A stretch of DNA of 64,000 bases from Gaiellales bacterium (GTDB lineage: Bacteria; Actinomycetota; Thermoleophilia; Gaiellales; JAICJC01), in assembly GCA_038212095.1 (NCBI GenBank), contig JBBQUW010000013.1:1232-65231 (forward strand). The letters are read 5' to 3'. The first letter of the stretch is position 1, and every line of letters begins with the position of its first letter. The position numbers and the translations under genes were made by a program. The notes under the pieces are model-generated. The model had not been told where the DNA came from and made no database searches. It saw only the letters and a program-made list of their open reading frames with translations. Below, one piece after another: positions 10,151-17,162 of this stretch.

Positions 10151-11446
10151 TCATCCATCGGTGCCACAGTAGCGGATCGCGGCCAGCGCCAACCCCTGTG
10201 CGCAGCGGACGAGATCGTCGACCGGCACGTATTCGTCGATCGTGTGTGCCCAGGCGATGCTGCGCGGCCCCCAGCCCACGCAGGGCGTCTTCCCGAACCG
10301 GCTGTAGCTGGCGGCGTCGAACCATGAGTCGAGCCCGGAAAGTCGCGACGGCTCTCCCACGCGCCGGCTCGATTCCAGCATCACGTCCACGATCGGATGC
10401 GCCGGATCGACCTGGTAGGGCGGGATGTCGAGGCTCCACGCGACGCGGGGCGGATGCTCGGCCAGCCACTCATCGCCGCTGCAGTGACGCCGTATCCACT
10501 CGTCCACTTCGGCCTCGACCGCGGTGCCCCAGCCGTCCGCGTCGGCACGTCCCGGCAGGTACATCAGCTCGCAGTCCAGCGTGGCCGATGCCGGGTACGT
10601 GACGGCCCACTCGCCGCCGCGCACGAGCACCGGCACGATGTCTCCCGGCGAGAGGTGGGGATGCTGCTGTTCCGGGCTCGTCCGCCATATTTCGCGCAGT
10701 GTTCGCACCGCCTCCAGCACCACCTCGATCGCGTTCACGGCGCCGCCCTCGCGCCAGTGCGGCTGTGCCATCTCGGCGTGGCCGGGGCGTCCTGCGACCG
10801 TGATCGAGGGCGAGAGCGATCCCCGGCAGCACGTCCACAGCTCGAAGGCGGTAGGCTCGGTGACGATGCCGGCGTCCGCCCGCACGCCGTGCTGGACGGC
10901 TGCCAGCCCGCCCGCCCCGGACGACTCCTCGTCGGTGACGGTGTTCACGATCACGTCGCCCCGCAGGCGGACGCCGAGCCGGGCGAGCACCTCGGCCGCG
11001 AACACCATCGCCGCCACGCCGCCCTTCATGTCGCAGGCACCGCGGCCATAGAGGTCGCCACCGCGCACCTCGGCCCGCAGTGGATCGCTCGTCCAGCGAT
11101 CGCGAGGCTCGCATGGAACGACGTCGATGTGGCCGTTCAGCAGCAGGCTGGGACCGCCGCCCGAGCCCCGAAACCGGGCCGCCAGCTGCGGTCGATCAAC
11201 GAACTCGATCGGCTCGGGGATCTGGCGGCTGCCGGCGACGTCGTCCGCAGTCGGCTCCCACAGGTCGATCGCAGCACCTGCTGCGGTCATTCGCTTCGCC
11301 AGGTAGCGCTGCAGGTCGGCCTCTTCGCGAGCCGGCTCGCCGGGGGTGCGGGCGGTGGTGTCGAAGGCGATCAGTCGTGTGGTCAGGTCGACCAGTTCGT
11401 CCCGGCCCTCGGCAACCGCATTGAAGATCCGCTCCTCCAGGTGCAC
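10151..11446 (-). CDS. M20 family metallohydrolase (ArgE/DapE/ACY1-like)
   Basis: Motifs LLLNGHIDVVP, GRGACDMKGG and TDEESSGAGG. GTG 11446 (VHLEERIFNAV) starts the conserved part. The upstream part of the 516-aa ORF is Pro/Arg-rich and overlaps the divergent gene. Confidence 0.8.
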   Translation of the reverse strand: MHLEERIFNAVAEGRDELVDLTTRLIAFDTTARTPGEPAREEADLQRYLAKRMTAAGAAIDLWEPTADDVAGSRQIPEPIEFVDRPQLAARFRGSGGGPSLLLNGHIDVVPCEPRDRWTSDPLRAEVRGGDLYGRGACDMKGGVAAMVFAAEVLARLGVRLRGDVIVNTVTDEESSGAGGLAAVQHGVRADAGIVTEPTAFELWTCCRGSLSPSITVAGRPGHAEMAQPHWREGGAVNAIEVVLEAVRTLREIWRTSPEQQHPHLSPGDIVPVLVRGGEWAVTYPASATLDCELMYLPGRADADGWGTAVEAEVDEWIRRHCSGDEWLAEHPPRVAWSLDIPPYQVDPAHPIVDVMLESSRRVGEPSRLSGLDSWFDAASYSRFGKTPCVGWGPRSIAWAHTIDEYVPVDDLVRCAQGLALAAIRYCGTDG

Positions 11447-11553
11447 GGTGCGCGATGATACCGGCGGTGGGCGAGCAGGACGCAGATCAGCGTCGCCGAG
11501 CGAGGCGCGTGCATGTGGCGGGCCGCCGGCGGAGACAGCTTCGGCGGCGCCGA

Positions 11554-12684
11554 ATGGCGCTGGGCGTGGCCGTGGCGATGCTGCTGGTCGGCGCCGGGCT
11601 GGCGGCGGCGCGAATGGCGGCACACGACTCCGGCCGTTCCGTGGCGGGTTCGAGCGGGCGCCCCGCGGCCAGCGGGCACCCCAGCGGTGGTGGGGAGCCA
11701 TCTCCCTCCAGCAACACGACCGCGATCCCGCCTGCGACCGGCAGCTTCACCCTTTCGGCGGTGGGCGACACGATGCTCGGGTACGGCACCACGCTGGCGC
11801 CCAACCCGGGCAGCTACTTCGATGGCGTTCGTTCGCAGATCACGGGCGACATCCGGTTTGCCAACCTGGAGGGCACGCTCACCAACCAGACTTCCGGCAA
11901 GTGCACCGTGCTGCACACCTCGTGCTATGAGTTTCGGCTGCCGCCCTCGTGGGCGCGCTACTTCAAGCATGCCGGCTTCACCGTGGTCAGCGATGCCAAC
12001 AACCACGCGTTCGATTACTGGCAGGCGGGACTGGACGACACGGTGGCTGCACTCGATCGTGTCGGGCTGGCGCACACCGGCCGTACGCACGAGATCACCT
12101 ATCTGCGGGTGCGCGGCATCACGGTCGCGTTCATCGGCGTGGCCAGCTACTCCGACACCGGCCCGCTGAATGACTATCCGGCCGCCCGCCGGTTGATCCA
12201 CCGGGCCGACGCGCATGCCGATGCGGTGGTGGTTGCGATGCACGCCGGTGCCGAGGGCGTCGCCGCGCTGCACCTGACCGGCCAGGAGGAGGTCTACGGC
12301 GGTGAGAACCGCGGCAACCCGGAACAGTTCGCGCACATGGCGATCGACGCCGGCGCCGACCTGATCATCGGCTACAGCCCGCACGTGTTGCGCGCGATGG
12401 AGGTCTACCGCGGTCGGTTGATCGCCTACAGCCTGGGCAACTTTGCCGGCTACCACAACTTCACCACCGAGGGTGACCTGGGTGTCTCCGGCATCCTCCA
12501 GGTGCGGCTGGCGGCCGACGGCCGCTTCCTGGGGGGCCGTTTCGTCTCGACCTCGCTGGCGGGTCCCGGCCAGCCGGTGCTCGACTCGACGGGCCGTGGT
12601 GCAGCGCTGATCGAGCAGCTGTCACGGACCGACCTGGGCTCGCGCGGAGCGCACGTCGCGGCCGGTGGCCGCATCACGCCCTGA
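11554..12684 (+). CDS. CapA family protein (poly-gamma-glutamate synthesis/metallophosphatase-like), membrane-anchored
   Basis: Motifs FTLSAVGDTMLG, FANLEGTL, ANNHAFD and YSLGNF. The N-terminal anchor is MALGVAVAMLLVGAGLAAA. Start ATG 11554 is preferred over the track start 11455. Confidence 0.8.
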   Translation: MALGVAVAMLLVGAGLAAARMAAHDSGRSVAGSSGRPAASGHPSGGGEPSPSSNTTAIPPATGSFTLSAVGDTMLGYGTTLAPNPGSYFDGVRSQITGDIRFANLEGTLTNQTSGKCTVLHTSCYEFRLPPSWARYFKHAGFTVVSDANNHAFDYWQAGLDDTVAALDRVGLAHTGRTHEITYLRVRGITVAFIGVASYSDTGPLNDYPAARRLIHRADAHADAVVVAMHAGAEGVAALHLTGQEEVYGGENRGNPEQFAHMAIDAGADLIIGYSPHVLRAMEVYRGRLIAYSLGNFAGYHNFTTEGDLGVSGILQVRLAADGRFLGGRFVSTSLAGPGQPVLDSTGRGAALIEQLSRTDLGSRGAHVAAGGRITP

Positions 12685-12906
12685 GCGTCGAGACACTCGG
12701 ACGCCCACGAATCCGCGCGGATCCCCCGGATGGGGGAATCGGCCTCCCCATGCGTTGGCTATTACGTGATAGACGCTTCGGAGGCTCCCCCGTGGCCCTC
12801 CCCGCTCCCCCGGTACACCGCACGTACGGGGCCGCAGGTGGATGGCTCCGACGCGACGATTTTCCGATGTACCCCGCTCTCGTGTTGGGAAGGAGGTGCG
12901 AACAAT
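12685..12906 (+). promoter_or_regulatory. Structured, locally AT-richer leader upstream of a small ORF
   Basis: Hairpin TCCCCC-GGAT-GGGGGA (12722..12737). Long interrupted hairpin GCCTCC..GCGT..CTAT-TACGTG-ATAG..ACGC..GGAGGC (12742..12785). A C-tract (12786..12812, CCCTCCCC) is complementary to the downstream SD AGGAGG (12891..12896). Confidence 0.4.
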
Positions 12907-13008
12907 ATGATCAAGTGGAACTATCGCACGATGCGGATCGCGCTCGTCCTTGGCTCGATCGCCGCGTTCGCCGTTTCGGCCGGCGCAAATACCAAGTGGG
13001 GGTTCTAG
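12907..13008 (+). CDS. Small (33 aa) single-TM protein
   Basis: ATG 12907 is preceded by GGGAAGGAGGTG. The product is MIKWNYRTMRIALVLGSIAAFAVSAGANTKWGF, with mostly G/C-ending codons despite AT-richer surroundings. It is the C-terminal part of track ORF 12730..13008. Confidence 0.5.
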   Translation: MIKWNYRTMRIALVLGSIAAFAVSAGANTKWGF

Positions 13009-13033
13009 ACAGCCTCTAGCTCCCGCGCTAAAG

Positions 13034-13053
13034 CGGTCAGGGGATCCTGACCG
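13034..13053 (+). other. Perfect 8-bp hairpin (CGGTCAGG-GGAT-CCTGACCG) between the small ORF and the GGDEF gene
   Basis: Read directly from the sequence. No U-tract follows, so its role (attenuator, stabiliser or none) is open. Confidence 0.3.
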
Positions 13054-13069
13054 ATAACCACAGGTAGCC

Positions 13070-13312
13070 GTGACGAACCCGTCCCACACGTACCCGCCCC
13101 GGCTGCTCCGGTATGTCACCGCAATGATCGCGGTGACTGTCCCGGTAGCAGTCGGGGCGGTGCTGCAGATCGCCGCCAATCGTCCGCACGCCGGCACGGT
13201 CGCCGGCGTGCTGCTGTTCTTCCTCGCCGCGACGGCGGCCGAGTCCAAGCCCGTGCCGCTGGACGAGAACGGCGGCCGCACCGTCTCGTTGGCGTTCGTC
13301 TTCCTGCTCTAG
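13070..13312 (+). CDS. N-terminal membrane fragment of the GGDEF/HD-GYP protein (ends at an in-frame TAG)
   Basis: 80 aa with 2-3 TM helices and AAESKPVPLDENGGRTVSLAFVFLL. Same reading frame as 13319..14908, separated only by TAG ACC CAG. Confidence 0.6.
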   Translation: MTNPSHTYPPRLLRYVTAMIAVTVPVAVGAVLQIAANRPHAGTVAGVLLFFLAATAAESKPVPLDENGGRTVSLAFVFLL

Positions 13313-13318
13313 ACCCAG

Positions 13319-14908
13319 GTGCTGTTCGGGTGGGAGTACGCGGTGCTTTCGGCCATCGCCAGCATGACGGTCGTGCAGGCCGCGGGCCGCGCGCCCGCGC
13401 TCCGCACGGCCTTCAACAGCGCCTCCTGTGGCCTGGCGGCCTTCGCCTCCGCGGCGCCGGCGTTCCTGCTCGGCTGGAGTGTCTCGCCAAGCAACGCCGC
13501 GCGGTTGACGCTGGTGGTGTTCGTCGGCGGCGCGGCCTATGTGGTGGTCAACGTTGTCACCGTCGCACTCGCCGTTTCGCTGTACACCGGCGTCTCGATC
13601 AAGACGATGCTGGACGACTACGTCCGCCACTCCGGCCCTGCCTTCGGCATCATGGGCTTCATCGCTGCCCTCGCCACCGCGCTGTGGGTGATCAACCCGC
13701 AGCTGGAACTGCTGCTGGCCGGGCCGCTGTTCGCGCTGGTGTTGTACCAGCGCTACGCCTACCGGACCGTGCTGGCCACGCGCGACGCCGAGACCGATGC
13801 GCTCACGTTGCTTCGCAACCACCGCTCCTTTCAGACCGATCTGCGCGAGGCGCTCGCGATGGGTGCCTCGATGCGTTCCCAGATCTCGCTGGTGCTGGTC
13901 GACATCGACAACTTCAAGAGCATCAACGATCGCTTCGGCCACCCGGTCGGCGACCAGGTGCTGACGATCCTGGCCACCCTGCTGCGAGACGAGTACGGCG
14001 ACGCCCAGGCCTACCGGATCGGCGGCGAGGAGTTCGCCGTGCTGTTGCCCGAAGAGGGCGATCAGGATGCGTATGCCGCCATGGAGCGGCTGCACGCCCG
14101 GCTGTGGCAGACGCGCTTCCCGCACGGCGAGCCGGTGACAGTCAGCGCCGGCATCGCGGCATATCCCCACACGGCGTCCGACCGCGATGAGCTGCTGCGG
14201 GTCGCCGACGGCGCGCTGTACTGGGCGAAGGATCACGGCAAGAACCGATCCTGCGTCTACAGCCCGACGCTGGTGCGGATCTACACGCCCGAGGAACTGG
14301 CAGAGACGGCCGAGCGCCATGCCCGTCTGAAGGCGGCCGAGGGTCTGATCCGAGTGGTGGATGCGAAGGACACCTATGCCGGCGCCCATAGCCAGTCGGT
14401 GTCGCGGCTGGTGGAGGGAATCGCCCGCGCGATGGGGCTTGACGAGGAGACTGTCGAGCAGGTGCGGCTGGCCGGCCTGCTGCACGACCTGGGCAAGATC
14501 GCGATTCCCGACCGCATCCTCCAGAAGCCCGGCAAGCTCGATCCGGACGAGCTGCGCATCATGCGCGAGCATGCCGAGCTCGGCTACCGGTTGCTGGAGG
14601 GACTGGGCGTCTCGCCGGTCGACCGCTGGATCCGCCACCACCATGAGTGGTGGGACGGCTCCGGCTATCCGCTGGGCCTGGCCGGTGAGGACATCCCGCT
14701 CGGCTCGCGGATCATCCTGGTCGCCGATGCCTTCGACGCGATGACGTCGGATCGCGTGTACCGCGCGGCCGGCAGTGCAGGCGATGCGGTTTCTGAGTTG
14801 CGCCGGCGGTGCTGGACGCAGTTCGACGCGCGGGTTGTGTCGGCGCTGGAGAAGCACCTGGAGACACTTGGTGAAGCGCTGCCTGAACAGACCGCGGCGA
14901 GCGCCTGA
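13319..14908 (+). CDS. Membrane-bound diguanylate cyclase/phosphodiesterase: TM domain + GGDEF + HD-GYP
   Basis: GGDEF domain (LVLVDIDNFKSINDRFGH, RIGGEEF). HD-GYP domain (HSQSV, LLHDLGKIAIPD, HHEWWDGSGYP, VADAFDAMTSDRVYR). Several N-terminal TM helices continue from 13070..13312. Confidence 0.9.
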   Translation: MLFGWEYAVLSAIASMTVVQAAGRAPALRTAFNSASCGLAAFASAAPAFLLGWSVSPSNAARLTLVVFVGGAAYVVVNVVTVALAVSLYTGVSIKTMLDDYVRHSGPAFGIMGFIAALATALWVINPQLELLLAGPLFALVLYQRYAYRTVLATRDAETDALTLLRNHRSFQTDLREALAMGASMRSQISLVLVDIDNFKSINDRFGHPVGDQVLTILATLLRDEYGDAQAYRIGGEEFAVLLPEEGDQDAYAAMERLHARLWQTRFPHGEPVTVSAGIAAYPHTASDRDELLRVADGALYWAKDHGKNRSCVYSPTLVRIYTPEELAETAERHARLKAAEGLIRVVDAKDTYAGAHSQSVSRLVEGIARAMGLDEETVEQVRLAGLLHDLGKIAIPDRILQKPGKLDPDELRIMREHAELGYRLLEGLGVSPVDRWIRHHHEWWDGSGYPLGLAGEDIPLGSRIILVADAFDAMTSDRVYRAAGSAGDAVSELRRRCWTQFDARVVSALEKHLETLGEALPEQTAASA

Positions 14909-15477
14909 TGTTCCTCCTGCCCGCTGTCGCGTTGGGGGTGCTGGTGGGCTACCTGCTCGGTGGCCGCATGGGCGGCTTGGCGGATGTTCGGCTGCGCGCG
15001 CCGTGGCTGTTCTACGTCGCGATCACGATGCAGCTGCTGGCGTTTCCCAGCCTGATCATGCCCTGGCATGCCGGCGAGCAGCTGGCCACGTCGCTCTCGA
15101 TCGGCTCGTACGGATGCCTGGTGGCGGTGTTCCTGCTGAACGTGCGGCTGCGCGGGCTGGCGATCGCAGGTGCCGGCATGCTGCTGAACCTGGCCGCGAT
15201 CCTGAGCAACGGCGGGCACATGCCGGCTCTGCCCTCCGCCATGCGCGGAGCGGGCATGACGTTCGCCGGGGTGCACAACAACAGCGTCGCCGAGCGATCG
15301 CCCAACCTGGCCTGGTTCGTCGATCGGTGGGCGGCACCGCACTGGATGCCCTACAGCAGCGTGTTCTCGGTCGGTGACGTGCTGATCGCGGTGGGCGTGG
15401 TCGTCACCGTGGCCGCCGCGATGGGCGCTCGGCGGCCGCACCTGCGGCGTTCGGTGACCGTCGTGAGCGACCGCTAG
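14908..15477 (+). CDS. DUF5317-like membrane protein
   Basis: TM-rich protein with LSNGGHMPA and FSVGDVLIAVG motifs, as I recall for DUF5317. The ATG overlaps the upstream TGA by 1 nt (14906-14910). Confidence 0.65.
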   Translation: MFLLPAVALGVLVGYLLGGRMGGLADVRLRAPWLFYVAITMQLLAFPSLIMPWHAGEQLATSLSIGSYGCLVAVFLLNVRLRGLAIAGAGMLLNLAAILSNGGHMPALPSAMRGAGMTFAGVHNNSVAERSPNLAWFVDRWAAPHWMPYSSVFSVGDVLIAVGVVVTVAAAMGARRPHLRRSVTVVSDR

Positions 15478-15506
15478 GCACGAGCCCGCCACGTCGCGGC
15501 GGTGGC

Positions 15507-16424
15507 TCAGCCGTCGATCCGTTTCTGCCAGGTGGCGAAACGCGGCTTGGCATCCATGCCGACCCGCTCGTACAGGCGCGTCGCACCGGTCTCAGACTGG
15601 CTGTCGACCAGCAGCATCGCGCCCTGCGAGCCGCGGCGCTGGAACTCGACGAAGATCGAGCGCAGCATGGCCTCGGCGATGCCGCGTCCGCGCGCCTCCG
15701 CTCGCACCCCGAGCAGGGCGACGTAGCCCAGCTCGGCGGCCTGGGGCGCCTCCGCCTCGCCGATCAGCACGCCGACCAGCCGGGCGCCCCGCCATGCCAG
15801 CCGCCACAGACCGGGATCGAAGTCATCACCGTGGACGAACTGGCGCAGCCAGTGGTCGCGCGACTCGAACGGGGAGCCCCAGTGGTCGCGGAACGCCTCG
15901 GCCAGGCAGTCGTATGCCTCTGACTCGTCGCCCGGCTGGAATCGGCGGAGCTCGATGCCGGCGAGCGCGTCCGGTTCCGGCTCTGGGCCGTCGAAGCGGA
16001 GGTGCATCGCCCACAGCCGCCGCACCTCGACGTAGCCGTGGGCGAGCAGCAACGCCGAGACGTGCGGCTCGTCGGAGAGCGTCCCGACGTGCAGGAGGAC
16101 GGGCTCGCCGGCAGGTGCCATCGCGACGAACCGCCGCGCGCGCCGCTCAACGTCGCGCACGATCGCCGCTCCCAGACCGCGGCCGTGATGCGCCAGCGCC
16201 ACGCACGCGACCGAGAACACGATCGTGTGCGGCGGCTCGGAGATGAGCGAGAGGTAGCCGGCGATCTCGCCCTCGGCGGCGACGATGACGGCGAAGTCGG
16301 TGCTGAGATCCGCCGCCTGCGTGCCCCACGGCGTCGTGATCCAATCGAGGCTCGCGACCGGCACGCCGATCAGGGCCATCGTCTCCTCGTTCATCATCTC
16401 GACGATGGCGGATCCGTCCTCCAA
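15507..16424 (-). CDS. Tandem-GNAT acetyltransferase (MshD-like architecture)
   Basis: Two GNAT cores: VALAHHGRGLGAAIV and VRAEARGRGIAEAML. Confidence 0.7.
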   Translation of the reverse strand: MEDGSAIVEMMNEETMALIGVPVASLDWITTPWGTQAADLSTDFAVIVAAEGEIAGYLSLISEPPHTIVFSVACVALAHHGRGLGAAIVRDVERRARRFVAMAPAGEPVLLHVGTLSDEPHVSALLLAHGYVEVRRLWAMHLRFDGPEPEPDALAGIELRRFQPGDESEAYDCLAEAFRDHWGSPFESRDHWLRQFVHGDDFDPGLWRLAWRGARLVGVLIGEAEAPQAAELGYVALLGVRAEARGRGIAEAMLRSIFVEFQRRGSQGAMLLVDSQSETGATRLYERVGMDAKPRFATWQKRIDG

Positions 16425-16462
16425 CGCCGGTGGCCGTGCCGTATATCCGGCGGGCAGGTGCA

Positions 16463-16624
16463 GGGGGGCATGTTAGTCGAGGGGTTGGGGGTGGTGGAGT
16501 GAGGGGTGAGCGGGGTGGGTGGGGGGGTGCCACTTGGCGTTCGCACTGGCTGCCGTTTGTTCCTTGCAACCCCTTCACCGCACCTCGTCACCCCCACGCA
16601 ACACCCCCTCCGCGAAACTCCCCG
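16463..16624. other. G-tract cluster (16463..16528) mirrored by a C-tract block (16569..16624) in a divergent intergenic region
   Basis: Seven runs of 3 or more G on the plus strand (GGGGGG, GGGG, GGGGG, GGGG, GGGG, GGG, GGGGGGG). After ~40 nt come runs CCCC, CCCCC, CCCCC, CCCC. Confidence 0.5.
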
Positions 16625-16625
16625 T

Positions 16626-17162
16626 ATGCACCTTCCCACCCTCTACAAGGCCCGCAACATCGGCAAGCAGAACCCGTGCGCGATCTGTCTCGATCGGACG
16701 CGGGGACGGACGCAGCGCGTGACCCTCGGCTACGGCGTCGAGGTGTGGCTGTGTCCTGGGCACGCCTCGGTGGAGTTCCTCACCCGCCGCAGCGGCAGGG
16801 ACCTGGTCGTGACGCTTTCAGGAGTGTGGCATGCGAACGGCTGCATGACGGCCGCCCGACATCGAGCCCTCGACGCTCACCTCGCCTCGCTCGTGGCTCG
16901 GCCGCCGCGTTCGCGCCCGGGATCGTACGCTTGGCCACGGGTGCGGCTCCGTTGCGAGCGGTGGTTCGCCTCCGGGGTGCCGCTGTCGCGGGTTGCCGCC
17001 CGAGTCCAGGATGCCGCATACGCTGACGCCGAGCCGCCCAGCCTGCGCACCATCCAGCGCTGGCGCTCCCAGCGCCGCTGGGTACCCCCGCCGGGCGCCG
17101 TTGTCACGACGGTGCCACCACCCGCTCCGCCCGGTTCACGTCCAGGTACCGCTCGCGCATGA
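16626..17162 (+). CDS. Hypothetical protein with Cys/His pair (CAIC...CPGH) and a C-terminal HTH-like segment
   Basis: ATG 16626 inside track ORF 16506..17162. Contains NPCAICLDR...WLCPGHAS and PSLRTIQRWRSQRRW. The 3' end overlaps the convergent CopCD gene by 59 nt. Confidence 0.45.
   Translation: MHLPTLYKARNIGKQNPCAICLDRTRGRTQRVTLGYGVEVWLCPGHASVEFLTRRSGRDLVVTLSGVWHANGCMTAARHRALDAHLASLVARPPRSRPGSYAWPRVRLRCERWFASGVPLSRVAARVQDAAYADAEPPSLRTIQRWRSQRRWVPPPGAVVTTVPPPAPPGSRPGTARA

Noticed and set aside
12685-12906. Assignment of the leader to the ydaO (c-di-AMP) or GEMM (c-di-GMP) riboswitch classes
   Set aside because: Only loose resemblances exist (CCCACGAAUCCG, GGGGGAAUCGG, ACGGGG), and they are in the wrong order for ydaO. 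No ACGCAAAGC-type GEMM core is present. A class cannot be called without a covariance-model scan.
13310-13312. TAG as pyrrolysine or other programmed recoding
   Set aside because: No pyl genes or recoding signals are visible in the window, and the taxon looks actinobacterial. A mutation or a base-call error is simpler.
13037-14857. 606-aa minus-strand ORF opposite the GGDEF/HD-GYP gene
   Set aside because: Same reasoning: low-complexity Arg/Gly/Gln-rich product, antisense to a gene with clear GGDEF and HD-GYP motifs.
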